From Heptranchias perlo (taxonomy: Eukaryota), in NCBI RefSeq assembly GCF_035084215.1, contig NW_027139581.1:4340001-4404000 (forward strand): a stretch of DNA of 64,000 bases, written 5' to 3'. Both the position numbers and the translations under genes were made by a program. Under the pieces are notes generated by a model that saw nothing but the letters and a program-made list of their open reading frames with translations, did not search any database and was not told the DNA's origin. Positions 36,361 through 50,412 of this stretch are shown here, one piece after another; the stretch's first letter is position 1; every line of letters starts with the position of its first letter.

Positions 36361-39355
36361 GCTCGGGTAAGAAAAAAATGGTAATAAGACAAGTATGGCT
36401 AGAGTACAAACAAATGTTAAGATGTCTAAAAATGCGAGAAAGACCAATTTAAAGGCACTGTATCTGATTGCACGTTGCATTCGTAATAAGGTAGATGAAT
36501 TAACACTGCAAATATATGCAAACGGATATGATATAATTGCAATTACAGAGACATGGTTGCAGGGTGACCAAGGCTGGGAGCTGAATATCCAAGCATATTC
36601 AATATTTAGGAAGGACAGGCAAAAATGAAAAGGAGGTGGGGTGGCGTTGTCAGTAAAGGATGAAATCAGAGCAATAGTGAGAAAGGATATTGGCTCAGAA
36701 AATCAAGATGTAGAATTAGTCTGGGTAGAGTTAAGAAGCATCAAGGGGCAAAAAACACTGGTGGGAGTTGTCTATCGGCCTCCAAACAGTAATGGTGATG
36801 TAGGGGATGGCATCAAACAGGAAATTAGAGGTGCATGTAACAAGGGTACTAGAGTAATCATGGGTGACTTTATTCTAAATATAGACTGGCCAAACCAAAT
36901 TAGCAATAATACTGTGGAGGATGAATTCCTGGAGTGTGTACGAGATGGTTTCTTAGACCAGTACGTTGAGGAACCAACCAGGAAACAGGTTATCCTAGAT
37001 TGGGTATTGCGCAATGAGAAGGGATTAATTAATAATCTTGTTGTGCAGGGTTCTTTAGGGAAGAGTGTTCATAACATGATAGAATTCTTCATTTAGATGC
37101 AAAGTGAAGTAGTCCAATCAGAAACTAGGGTCCTAAATCTAAACAAAGGAAACCACGATTTTATGAGGAGTGAGTTGGCTGTGATAAATTGGGAAGTTTC
37201 ATTAAAAGGCATGACGGTGGATAGACAATGGCTAACGTTTAAGGAACGAATACATGAATTGCAACAATTATACAATCCTTCCTGGCGAAAAAACACAAAA
37301 CGAAAAGCGGCACAACCATGGCTAACAAAAGAAATTAAGAATAATATAATTAAAATTAGTATCCATATCAAGTTGCAAGAAAAAGTAGCAAGACTCAGGA
37401 TTGGGAGCAGTTTAGAATTCAGCAAAAAATGATTAAGAGATTGATTAAGAGGGGAGCAATAGAGTATGAGAGTAAACTTGCAAGGAACATCAAAGTGGAC
37501 TGTAAAAGCTTCTGCAAGTATGTAAAAAGAAAAAGATTAGTGAAGACAAATATAGGTCCCTTACAGTCAGAAGCGGGATTATTTATAATGGGGAACAAGG
37601 AAACGGCAGAGCAATTAAACAAATACTTTGGTTCTATCTTCACGGAAGAGGACACAAATAACTACCCAGAAATGCTAGGGAACTAAGGGACAAGTGAGAA
37701 GAAGGAATTGAAGGAAATTAGAATTGGTAAGAAAATAGTGCTGGAGAAATTACTGGGACTGAAAGCCGATAAATCCCCAGGGCCTGATAATCTGCAACCC
37801 AGAGTACGAAAACAGGTGGCCATGGAAATAGTGGATGCATGAGTTGTCATCTTCTAAAATCTTAGAGATTATTATCAGTTCCTGCTGATTGGAGGGTTGC
37901 AAATATAACCCCACTATTTAAAACAGGATGGATAGAGAATATAGGGAACGACAGACCGGTAAGCCTAACATCAGTAGTAGGGAAAATGCTAGAGTCTATT
38001 ATAAAGGTTGTGATAACAGGACACTTAGAAAATGTCAACGGGATTAGGCAAAGTCAACATGGATTTATGAAAAGGAAATCGTGTTTTGCAAACCTACTGG
38101 AGTATTTTTGAGGATGTAACTCGTAGAATAGTTAAGGGAGAACCAGTGGATGTGGTACATTTGGATTTTCAGAAGGCCTTTGATAAAATCCCACATAAGC
38201 GAAGAGTGTGCAAAATTGAAGAACATGGGATTGGTGGTAATATACTGGCATGGATTGAAAATTGGTTGAGAGGAAACACAGAGTAACAATAAATGGGTCT
38301 ATTTCGGGGTGTAGGCAGTGACTAGTGAGGTACAACAGGGACCAGTGCTTGGGCCCCAGCTATTCACAATATATATCAATGATTTGGATGAGGGAACCAA
38401 ATGTAATATTTCCAAGTTTGCTGACGACACAAAACTGGGTGAGATCGTGAGTTGTGAGGTGGATGCAAAGAGGCTTCCAGGCGATTTAGACAAGTTGAGT
38501 GAGTGGGCAAATACATGGCAGATGCAGTATAATGTGGATAAACGTGAAGTTATCCACTTCGGAAGGAAAAACAGAAAGGCAGAGAATTATTTAAATGGTG
38601 ATAGATTGGGCAATGTTGGTGTACAAAGGGACCTGGTTTTTTTGGTACACCATTCACTGAAAGCTAACATGCAGGTGCAGCAAGCAGTTCGGAAGACAAA
38701 TGGTATGTTGGCCTTCATTGCAAGCGGATTTGAGTACAGGAGCAAGGATGTCTTACTGCAGTTATACAGGGCCTTGCTGAGACCACACATGGAGTATTGT
38801 GTGCAGTTTTGGTCTCCTCACCTAAGAAAGGATATACTTGCCATAGAGGGAGTGCAGCGAAGGTTATCCAGACTGATTCCTGGTATGGCAGGACTGTCAT
38901 GTGAGGAAAGATTGGGTCGACTCGGCCTGCATTCACTCGAGTTTAGATGAATGAGAGGGGATCTAGTTGAAACGTAGAAAATTCTGACAGGGCTAGATAG
39001 TCTGAATGCAAGGAGGATGTTTCCCCTTGCTGGGGTGTCCAGAACGAGCGGTCAGAGCCTCAGGATACGAGATAGGACATTTCGGACTGAGATGAGGCGA
39101 ACTTTCTTCACTCAAAGAGTGGTGAACCTGTGGAATTCTCGACCTAATAAGGCTGTGGAGGCCAAATCCCTGAATATATTTAAGAAGGAGCTAGATTGAT
39201 TTTCAGACATAAAAGGCATCAACTGGTATGGAGAAAGAGCGGGAAAATTGTATTGAGTTCGAGGATCAGCCATGATCATATTGAATAGTGCGGCAGGCTC
39301 GAAGGGCCGAATGGCCGATACCTACTCCTATTTTCTATGTTTCTATGTTTTTATG
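36361..39355 (+). mobile_element. Near full-length CR1 ORF2 (APE endonuclease plus RT), disrupted
   Basis: IAITETWL, GVVYRPPN, IMGDF, LDFQKAFDKIPH and KFADDTKL. Many stops and frameshifts, (TTCTATGT)n tail. Confidence 0.93.
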
Positions 39356-41474
39356 CCTCTGTTATACTACACTAGACCATGTCACTGTATATAATACACT
39401 AGGTCCCCTCTCATTTATCACTGCACTAGACCATGTCTCTGTTTATATTATACTAGGCCCTCGCAAGTTACTTCTGCACTAGAACATGTTTTTGATATAC
39501 TACACTGGACCATGTCACGATATATATTACACTAGGTCCCCTCTCATTTATCACTGCACTGGACCAAGTCTCTGTTTATATTACACTAAGCCCTGTCTCA
39601 GTTACTTCTGCACTCGGCCAAGTATATGTTTATATTACACTCGGCCCTCGCTCAGTTATTTCTGCACTAGAACATGTCTCTGTTATACTGCACTAGAGCA
39701 TGTCACTGTATATATTACACTAGTTCCTCTCTCAGTTATTTCTGCACTGGAACATGCTTCTGTTATACTACACTAGACCATGTCACTGTATATATTACAC
39801 TAGGTCCTCTCTCAGTTATTACTGCACTAGACCATCTTTCAGTTATTACTGCACTTCACTATGTCTCTGTTTACATTACACTCGGCCCTGTCTCCGTTAT
39901 TGCTGCACGAGGCTGTATCTCAGTTTATATTACACGAGACACTGTCTCAGTTCTTACTACACAAGACCATGTCACTGCATTTGTTACACTGGACGATGTC
40001 TCAGTTATTACTGCAACAGACCATGTCTCTCTTTACATTACACTAGACCAATTCTCTGTTTACATTACACGAGAACATGCCTCTCTTTATATTGCACTAG
40101 ACCCTCTCTGAGTTAGTATTAAATTAGACCATGCCTCTGTTTATATTACACCAGAACATGTCTCTGTTTATGTTATACTAGACCCTGTCTCATTTATTAC
40201 TGCATTAGACTATGTCTCCGTTTCTAATACTCGAGACCATAATCTTAGTTATTACTGTACTGGACCATGTTCCTTGTTATGTTACACTGGTCTCTGTCTC
40301 AGATATTACTGCACTAGTCCATATCTGTTTATACTGTACTAGATTATGTCTTCGTTTCTAATGCTCTAGAGCACGTCCCTCGTTGTGTTACACTCAGCAA
40401 TGTCTCAGTTATTACTGCACTAGTCCATGCCTCTGTTAATAGTACACTATAGCCTGACTCATTTATTGCTGCACCAGACCATGTCTTTGTTTATATTGCA
40501 CTAGACCATGTCTCTGCTTATGTTACACTGTGCCCTCCCTCAGTTATTACTGCACTACAACATGTCACTGTATAATTTACCCAAAACCATGTCTCAGTTA
40601 TTATTGCATTAGACCATGTATATCTTTAAATTACACTAGACCCTGTCTCATTTAATACTGCACTGGACCATGTCTCTGCTTATATTACTCTAGAGCCTGC
40701 CTCAGTTAGCACTGCTATTAGACCATGCCTCTGTTTATGTTACACTTGACCATGTTTGAATTATAACTGCACTGGAAAATGTCACTGTATTTCTTACCCA
40801 AAACCCTTTCTCGGTTATTACTGCATTAGACCATGTCTCTTGTTATATTGCACGAGGCCCTCTCTCAGTTATTACTGCACTAGTCCATGTCTCTGGCTAT
40901 ATTACACCAGATTCTGTCTCAGTTATTACTGCAGTAAGCTATGTAACTGTTTGCATTACACTAGACCCTGTTTCAGTTATTACTTCAATAGTGCATGTCA
41001 CTGATTATGTTATTCTGGACCATTCCTCTGTTATTACTGCACCAGATCCTGTGCCTTTTATTCACACTGTAGACCCTGTGTTTATTATTACATTATGCAT
41101 TATCTCCATCACTGATACATTTCGCAATACCTCTGTTAGTATCACCGCACATATCTGTTAGTATTGCACTGGTATCTGGCTCCTTTATTATTACCCTAGA
41201 CACTGCCTCTGTTAGTGTTATACCAGATCTTGTTTCTGTTATGATTTCACGAGAGATTGCCTAATGTCATTATTACACTGGACACTGCCGAATGTCAATA
41301 TTACACTAGACACTGCCTCTGTTGGTGTTACACCAGGCCCTGTTTCTGTTATGATTGCACTAGAGACTGTCCAATGTCATTACTACATTCCACCGTTTGT
41401 CCTTACTCCAATCAGGCAATATTATGATCTCATGCCATTAACCGTCCAGATAAATTTACAGGAATTTTATTCGG

Positions 41475-44400
41475 AACATAGGAACAGGAGGAGGCCATTC
41501 AGCCCCTCGAGCCGGCTCTGCTTTCAATGAAATCATGGTTGATTTTCACCTCACCTCCATTTGCCCACCTTTGCTCCACATCCCCTGAAACCCTGACCCA
41601 ACAAAAATCTATCGATCTCAGTCCTGAAAGTTCCAATTGTCCCAGAAATCACAGCCTTTCGAGGAGAGAGTTCCAGATTTTAATTGCCCTTTGTGTGAAA
41701 ACGTGCTTCCTGATTTCAGACCCGAACGGCCGAGCTGTAATTTTAAGATTATGTCTCCACATTATTGATTCCCCCACCAGAGGAAACAACTTCTCCGTAT
41801 GTACACTATTAAATCGTTTTAACATTTTGAACACTTCGTTCAGTTCATTCCTGTATGTATCTGTTATAAATTCAATGTGATTGAATTGAACAGATTATTT
41901 TTAACCAGCGCCCACACTCTGCACTGAGGCCAACAACCCGTGCTGAAGACTGTTTTAAGTTTGGAGTCAGACCTCTGAACTACATTTTATTGCAGTACTG
42001 GAATTGATGTCTCATTTCCTGATCCAGTCCATGTCTCAGAGTAATATTTGATTCACCGCACTCATCTACACATAGTTCGTTTGAGTGTGGCAGAAGCGAG
42101 GCATTCTCCACCTGCAAGTAAAAAACTGCATGGATCTTTCGGCTTCATTGTTTGCTGGCACCTGGTGGGCACGATTGGCATTTACACCAATTGATAATAT
42201 GAGCTTGGAAATGTCATTTCTATTACTGGCTGCTAAGAAGGAATATGCATTTGTGCGCCATCTTATCACGTATTCCGAAGGAGGAGAGTCAATATAAACG
42301 AAATGGTTCAATATTAAAGGGAGTGCAAGAACAGAGAGACCGGGGGATTCTCATACATCTTTGAAGGTGGCAGGACAAGTTGATAAGGCTATTACAAAAA
42401 ACATAGAAGTATGGAAACATTTAGGGCACAGAAGGAGGCCATTTGGCCTACCATGACAGTGCAGGTCGAAAATGAGCTACTCAGGCGAAGCCCACTTCCC
42501 AGCACTTGGTCCGTAGCCTTGTAGATTCTAACACTTCAGGTGAATATCCAAGAATTTTAAAAACTGTGATGAGGGTTTCTGCCTCCATCATCCTTTCAGA
42601 TACTGAGTTCCAGACGCCGACCACTCTCTGGGTGACAAAAAATTTCCTCAGCTACCGTCTAATCCTTCCACCAATGACTTTAAATCTATAACCTCTGGTT
42701 ATTGACCTCTCTGCTAAAGGAAATAGGTCCTTCCTATCCACTCTATCTAGGCCCCTCTTATTTTATACACCACAACTTAATCACCCCTCAGTCTCCTCTG
42801 TTCCAAAGAAAACAACTGCTGCCTGTCCAATCTTACCTCACAGCTAAAATTCTTCAGTCCTGGCAACATCCTTTTAAATGTCCTCTGCACCCTCTCTAGT
42901 GCAATTACATCTTTCCTGTAATGTGGTGATCAGAATTGTACGCAGTACTCAAGCTGTGGACAAATTAGTGTTTTATAAAGTTCTAGCATAACCTACCTGC
43001 TCTTATATTCTATACCTCGGCTAATAAAGGAAAGTATCCCGTATATCTTTTTAACCACCTTATCGACCTGCACTGCTGCCTTCCGGGATCTGTGGACATA
43101 CACTCCAAGGTCCCTCTCTTTCACTACATCCTCAGTATCCTCCCATTTATTGTGTATTCCCTTGCATTGATGGTCCTCCCGAAATGCATTACCTCACACT
43201 TCTCCGGATTGAGTTCCATTTGTCACTGTTCTGCCCACCTGACCAGTCCATTGATACTTTCCTGCCGTCTACAGCTTTCCACCTCACAAGCAAGCACACG
43301 GCCAATTTTGTATCATTTGCAAACTTCTTCGTCATGCCCCCTACTCTTAAGTCGAAATCATTAATATATACCACAAAAAAAGCAAAGGACCTTGTACTGA
43401 GCCATGCAGAACCCCACTGGAAACAGCCATCCAGTCACAAAAATACCCGTTGACTAATGCCCTTTGCATCCTGCCACTAAGCTAATTTTGGACCCAACTT
43501 TCCACGTTCCCTTGGATTCCATGAGCTTTTAATTTTTTGACCACTCTGCCATGTGGATCTTTGTCAAAAGTCTTGCTAAAATCCATGTGGACCACATCAA
43601 ACGCACTACCCTCATTGACCCTACTTGTTACCTCCTCAAAAAGTTCAATCAAACTAGTTAGACACGACCTCCCCTTAACAAACCCATGCTGACTGTCCTT
43701 GATTAATCCGTGCCTTTATAAATGATGGTTCATCCTGTCCCTCAGGAATGATTCCAATAATTGTCCCACCACCGAGTTTAAGCTGACTGGCCTGTGATTA
43801 CTCGGTCTATCCTTTTCTCCATTTTTAAACAACGGTACAACGTTAGTAGTCCTCCTATCCTCCAGCACCACTCCTGTAGCCAGAGAGGATTGGAAAATGA
43901 TGGTCAGAGCCTCCGTTATTTCGTCCCTTTCTTCTTTTAACAGCCTGGGATAAATTTCATCCGGGCCTGGCAATTTATCTACGTTCAAAGTGTTAAACCC
44001 ATTAATACTTCCTCTCTCACTATGCTTATCCCATACGGGATTGTGGCTTTATAAATAGGGGCAAAGTGGACAAAAGCAAAGAAGATATCCTAAACCTTAT
44101 AAAGCACTGGTTACAGCTTAACTACAGTATGGTGTCCAATTCTGGGCACCACGATTTAGGATGCATGTCAAGGCCTTAGTGAGGGTTTCAGGGGAGGTTT
44201 GCCAGATTGTTACCGGTGAAGATGGACTTCAGCTATGTGGAGAGATTAGAGTAGGAGGGACTGTTCTCCTCGGAGCAGAGAATGTTAAGGGGAGATTTAA
44301 TAGAGATGTTTAAAATTATGAGGAGATTTCATAGAGTAGAAAGGGAGGAACTGTTTCCACTGTCAGGAGGGTCTGTAACTAGAGGACACATATATGAAAT

Positions 44401-44680
44401 AATTGGCAATGAACCAAGAGGGAGATGAGGAGAGTTGTTTTTACGCAGTGAGTGATTATGATCTGGAATGCACTGCCTGAAAGGGTGGTGGAAGCAGATT
44501 CAATAGTAACTTTCAAAAGGAAATTGGATAAATACTTGAAAAGGAAAAAGTGCAGAGCTCTGGGGAAAGAGCAAGGGAGTGGGATTTATTGGATAGCTCT
44601 TTCAAAGAGCCAGCATCGGCACGATGGGCAGAAAGGCCTCCCTTTGTGCTGTATGTTTCTCTGATTCTGTCATTCTATGA
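41475..44680. mobile_element. Cluster of CR1 fragments (mostly minus, 44035-44680 plus)
   Basis: PGPDEIYPRLLKE, KFANDTKL and CR1 3' tails. Confidence 0.85.
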
Positions 44681-45189
44681 ACTCACATAAACCAGCAATG
44701 ATGTGTTTATTTGACATACTGCTCCCCGCTGTTTTATCATTACACAAGTTCGCCCCTTGTCATAGTGTCCAATCTCTAATCTCACAAGCAGACACTTCCA
44801 AATATCGATTTCGAAACTTTTTAAATGTAATTGATATTAAGTACTCGTTAGTTTCCGTCTGCTGTTTGAATCCATATCCCCTTCAAAGTGGATTGAGTGG
44901 TGATAATATTGATGCGAATAATAAAATGTGCAGTGAAATGTTCCTTATGTGTTCAGAGACACGCGCTTCTGTACAGTTACGTTTTACAAAGATCTTTATC
45001 ACCATCTTCTGATGAAGGAACCACACTACATGTACTAGAGTAATTTTCTGAATTTTATTTATTATTGCCCATGCAAGAATTGGCATTCATAAAGCGTCCA
45101 TCAAATAATAGAACGTCTCACAGCGATTAACAGGAGCAGGGCAATGGGAGAAAATGATGAATGGTGAGGAACGAAGGGAATTTCGAAGA

Positions 45190-46490
45190 ATCTATCTATC
45201 TCTTTATCCATCCATCCATCTATCTATCTCTCTATTCATCCCTCCATCCACCTATCTATCTCTGTACCTATCCATCGANNNNNNNNNNNNNNNNNNNNNN
45301 NNNNNNNNNNNNNNNNNNNNNNNNNNNNNNNNNNNNNNNNNNNNNNNNNNNNNNNNNNNNNNNNNNNNNNNNNNNNNNNNNNNNNNNNNNNNNNNNNNNN
45401 NNNNNNNNNNNNNNNNNNNNNNNNNNNNNNNNNNNNNNNNNNNTCATCTATCTATCTCTCTTTCTAGCCAATCATCTATCTATCTATCCATCCATCTATC
45501 TATCTCTCTATCTCTCTATTCATCCATCTCTCTATCTATCTCTCTATCTATCTAGCTATCCATCGATCTAGCTATCCATCCATCTCGCTCTATCTATCCA
45601 TCCATCTATCTCTTTATCTATCCATCCGTACATCTATCTATCTATCTATCTATCTGTTCATCCATCCATCTATCTATCTCTCTATCTATCCATCCATACA
45701 TCTATCTATCTATCTGTTCATCCATCCATCTATCTATCCATCCACTTATCTATCTATCTCTCTTTCTATACATCCATCTATCTCTCTTTCTATCTATCCA
45801 TCCATCTATCTGTCTATCTATCTATCTATCTATCTCAATCTATCCATCCATGCAGCTATCTAACTGTCATACTCTCTCTATCTATCTATCCATTCATTGA
45901 TCTATCTGTNNNNNNNNNNNNNNNNNNNNNNNNNNNNNNNNNNNNNNNNNNNNNNNNNNNNNNNNNNNNNNNNNNNNNNNNNNNNNNNNNNNNNNNNNNN
46001 NNNNNNNNNNNNNNNNNNNNNNNNNNNNNNNNNNNNNNNNNNNCTATCCATCCATACATCTATCTATATATGTATCTTTCTCTTTATATCTACCTATCCA
46101 TCCATACATCTATCTATCTCTCTAACTATCTATCTATCTATCTCTCTAACTATCCATCTGTCGATCTCTCTAACGAAACATCCATCCATTAATTTATCTC
46201 TCTATCTATCTATCCATCCATCCATCTATCTGTCTATCTTTCTCTCTGTATAAATCCATCCATTTATCTATGTATCTACCTTTCTCTCTGTATCTATCTA
46301 TTCATCCATACATCTATCTATCGATCTATCGATCTCTCTAACTATCCATCTATCTATCTCTCTAACGAAACATCCATCCATCCATTCATCTCTCTATCTA
46401 TCTTTCTCTATCTATCTACCCATCCATTCATCTCTCTATCTATCTTTCTTTCTCGATCTATCCATCCATCCATCTATCCATCTGTCTTTA
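45190..46490. repeat. (TCTA/TCCA)n microsatellite with two assembly gaps (45279-45443, 45910-46043)
   Basis: Direct inspection. Confidence 0.95.
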
Positions 46491-46589
46491 TAAATCGATG
46501 TTTATAAAGCTTCCCTGCCCACCCACAGGTCGTATTCCTCCACCATGCCCACCATCTCCGTCCGAATCCCGACGCGTCTGTTCTGCCTC

Positions 46590-46900
46590 ACAGTCGCCAA
46601 CATTCGTACTGCGCATGCTCAGAATCCAGAGTCTGCTCACCAGGCGCCTGTTGTTGTCAAAAGGGCTCATTCTGCCGCGCGGGGGAATTCTGGGTAAGCA
46701 CATCACCACTGAAGGCCCGAATTCGTGTCCGTAACATTATTTTACATCCCATCGGGATTGGGGCCGGAGGGTCAATGAACAAAATTAATAAATAAATTAT
46801 GCAGGAACCCGAGTGCCCGGACCCTCAGCCATGGAGTGATGTCCGCTGGTCGCCAGTTTTCCTTCACTAACTCGCACCTCAGCCCCTCCCCGCCCAGTCT
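46590..46900 (+). promoter_or_regulatory. CpG-rich island, possible promoter or first exon of the zinc-finger gene
   Basis: CpG-rich, with an NRF1-like TGCGCATGC near 46610, a donor-like GGTAAG near 46692 and a GC box near 46890. Confidence 0.3.
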
Positions 46901-47039
46901 GGTTAAATTGCGAAATGTTTTCGAACTGTGTTTTCCAACTCGAGTTCAGGCCTGGCATTATGAAGGAAACTTACGAGTCCCTGTTTTTTGTGTGCCATAC
47001 CCGTAAATAAGCTGGCAACACTTGGAAAAATCAGAAAAT

Positions 47040-48260
47040 ACTCAATACGGCTAATGGAATGGTGGCCTTTATATCCAGAGTACGAGAGTACAAGGGGGCA
47101 GAAGTTATGCTGCAGCTATACAAAACCCTGGTTGGAACGCACCTGGGGTACTGTGAGCAGTTCTGAGCACCGCACCTTCGGAAGGACAGATTGGCCTTGG
47201 AGGGAGTGCAGCGTGGGTTTACTAGAATGATACCCGGACTTCAAGGGTTAAGTTACGAGGAGAGATTACACAAATTGGGGTTGTATTCTCTGGAGTTTCG
47301 AATGTTCAGGGGTGATCTGATCGAAGTTTACAAGATATTAAGGGGAACAGACAGGGTGGATAGAGAGAAACTATTTCCGCTGGTTGGGGATTCTAGGAGT
47401 AGGGGGCACAGTCTAAAAATTAGAGCAAGACGTTTCAAGAGTGAGATTAGAAAACATTTCTACACACAAAGGTTGGTAGAAGTTTGGAACTCTCTTCCAC
47501 AAACGGCAATTGATACTTGCTCAATTGCTACATTTAAATCTTAGATAGATAGCTTTATGGCAACCAAAGGTATTAAGGGATATGTGCCAAAGGCAGGTAT
47601 ATGGAGTTAGATCACAGATCAGCCATGATCTTATCAAATGGCGGAGTAGGCTCGAGGGGCTGAATGGCCGACTCCTGTTCGAATATTCATATATTCCTAA
47701 CAAGTTGTTTTTAAGATGGAAAGGAAGTGCCACTCGCAATCTCATTGAAACGTGTAAGATTGTGAGAGGGCTTGACAGTGTAGGTGCTGAGAGGCTGTTA
47801 CCCCTGGTTCGAGAGTCCAGAACTAGGGAGCATAGTCTCAGGATAAGGGGTCGGTCATTTAGGACTGAGATGAGGAGAAAATTCTTCACTAAGTGGGTGG
47901 TCAATCTCTGATAGAGTGGATAGCAAGGACTTATTTCCCTTAGCAGAGAGGTCAATAACAAGGGGTCACTGATTTAAAGTAAGTGGGATAAGGATTAGAC
48001 GGGAGCTGAGGAGAAATCTTTTCACCCAGAGTGTGGCGGGGGTCGGGAACTTACAACCTGAAAGAGTGGTAGAGGCAGAAACCATCATAGCATTTAAAAA
48101 GTACTTGGATGTGCACTTGAAGTGCCATAAGTTACAAGGCTACGGACCAAGTGCTGCAAGGTGGGACGAGGCTGGATAGCTCTTTTTCGGTGGGCACAGA
48201 CATGATGGGCCGAATGGCCTCATTCTGTGCAGTAAATTTCTACGATTCTATGATTTCGAT
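47040..48260 (+). mobile_element. Tandem CR1 3' fragments
   Basis: EERLHKLGLYSLEFR and EKLFPLVGDSRSRGH. Confidence 0.88.
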
Positions 48261-48264
48261 GATT

Positions 48265-48605
48265 CAGGGTCCCAGTGACGAGGTAAAAAGAGTGGGCGGG
48301 GCTTCAGGCTCCCAGTGACCACGTTCAAAGACTGGGCGAAGCTTCAGGGACCCCTGACTGGGAACAAAGATTGGACAGGGTTTTCGGGTCCCAGTCACCA
48401 GGAAGAAAGGGTAGGCGGGGCTTCAGGGCCCCAGTGACCAGGAACAAACAGTGGGCGGGGCTTCAGTGTCCCCGTGACTAGGAACAAAGAGTGGGCGGGG
48501 CTTCAGTGTCCAAGTGACTCGGAACAAAGAGTGGGCGGGGCTTCAGGGTCCTATGACCTGGAACAAAGAGTGGGCGGGGTTTCAGGTTCTCAATGACCAG
48601 GAGAG
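48265..48605. repeat. About 40-bp tandem repeat containing GGGCGGGGCT, about 8 copies
   Basis: Unit CCCAGTGACCAGGAACAAAGAGTGGGCGGGGCTTCAGGGT. Confidence 0.9.
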
Positions 48606-49039
48606 AAAATCATTGAAGAGAATCACAGAATGGTGACAACACAGGAGGCCATTCGGCCTACGAAGCTTGTGCTGGTTCTTTGTAAGAGCAATCCATTGAG
48701 TCCCATTCCCCCGCTCTTACAGCCTTGCATTTTTTTTCCCTTACAAATATTTATCGAATTGCTTTTTGAAAGCCACGATTGAATCTGCATCCACCACCCT
48801 TCCAGGCAGCTCATTCCAGATCATAATTACTTATTCATTTTATTCTCATTCTGCACACGGGGTTTAGAACTGAACCCAACCAGAGTAGAGGGAGGGAGAA
48901 AACTGGGAGCAGAGGAAAAGTACGTTAGAGAGAGTGAGATGGGTTTGGATTTCAGCACAGGAGGAGGGAGAGTTTGTGGGAAAGGGATTTACAGTCTGGG
49001 GGAATAACAAAGCAAAGAATGGTCCATGGAAACTAGAAA

Positions 49040-49670
49040 CTGGCAAATGGTATGTTGGCCTTCATTGCAAGTGGATTTGAGTTCAGGAGCAAGGAAGTCT
49101 TACTGCAGATATACAGGGCCTTTATGAGGCCACACCTGGAGTATTGTGTGCAGTTTCGATCTCCTAACCTAAGGAATGATATACTTGCCATAGAGGGAGT
49201 GGAGTGAAGGTTCACCAGACTGATTCTTGGGATGGCAGGACTGTTATATGAGGAGAGATTGGGTCGACTCGCCCTGTATTCACTCAAGTTTAGAAGAATA
49301 AGAATGGATCTCCTTGAAGCATAGGGCTAGAGAGACTGGATGCAGGGAGGATGCTTCCCCTGGCTGTGGGGGGGGAGGGGTCACATTTCAGGTTACGGGG
49401 TAGGACATTTAGGACTGAGATGAGGAGAAATTTCTTCACTCTGAGGGTGGTGAACCTGTGAAATTCTCCACCACAGAAGGCCAAGTCACTGAATATATTT
49501 TAGAAGGAGAGAGATAGATTCGTAGAAACAAAAGGCATCAAGGGGTATGGGGAGAGAGCGGGAATATGGTGTTGTAATAGAGGATCAGCCATGATCATAT
49601 TGAATGGCGGTGCTGGCTCGAAGGGCCGAATGGCGTACTCCTGCTCCTAGTTTCTAAGTTTCTATGTTTG
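49040..49670 (+). mobile_element. CR1 3' fragment
   Basis: Similar to the 3' end of the CR1 at 38.7-39.3 kb. Confidence 0.85.
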
Positions 49671-49729
49671 CCTGTGCTGAATTTCTATCCTGTATTTACA
49701 ATGATGATTTTTGTAAACTCCTTTTACAG

Positions 49730-50412
49730 GGCATTAGAAGGGCAGGATTTGTAAACGGGAAACTCAAACCAAACATCACATCAAGATCTGACCGAGTCAC
49801 TCGCTTCATCAGGACCTGAATATCATCGGCCTTTCAATGTGGAAGGAGAAATGTTTGTCTGTTTCGTCTGTGGGAGAAGATTTCAAACATCAGTGTGAGT
49901 GGAAAATCACCGAGACACACACACCCGAGTGAGAGTGTTCCAGTGCACTGAGTGTGGAAAGAGCTTTAACCAGTTACACAGTCTGAAAAAACATCGCACC
50001 ATTCACAGCGGGGAGAAACCGTCCACGTGTTCTGTGTGTGGACGAGGCTTCAACTGATCGTCCAACCTGGAGAGACACAAGGGCACCCGGACCATGGAGA
50101 AACCGTGGAAATGTGGGGACTGTGGGCAGGAATTCAATTACCCGTCAGAACTGGAAACTCCTCAACAGTTACACCGGGGAAAGGCCGTTCACCAGTGTGA
50201 ACTCGCTGGTGTGTCAGCAGTCCGTTTGTGCTTTTAAAGCTCTTCTCACAGTCAGAACATTTAAAAGGTTTCTTATCAGTGTGAACTAGTTGGTGTTCAA
50301 TGAGACTGGATGGAATGACTGAGTGAATCTCTTCCCATACACAGAGCTGTCTGTGGGAAGGGATTCACTCAGTCATCCAAACTGCTGAGACAACAACGAG
50401 TTCACTTGTGAC
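49730..50412 (+). pseudogene. C2H2 zinc-finger array pseudogene
   Basis: Acceptor ccttttacag, then FVCFVCGRRFQTSV*, FQCTECGKSFNQLHSLKKHRTIHSGEKP and WKCGDCGQEF. Has in-frame stops, a frameshift and an internal inversion. Confidence 0.88.

Larger units (their letters stand above)
32430..41400. repeat. 27-bp-based minisatellite field (CTAGACCATGTCTCTGTTTATATTACA family) with 54/108-bp higher-order block, split by three LINE insertions
   Basis: Blocks at about 32430-33165, 34145-34770, 35762-36360 and 39353-41400. Confidence 0.9.

Noticed and set aside
36361-39355. Active autonomous retrotransposon
   Set aside because: ORF2 is broken by many stops and frameshifts.
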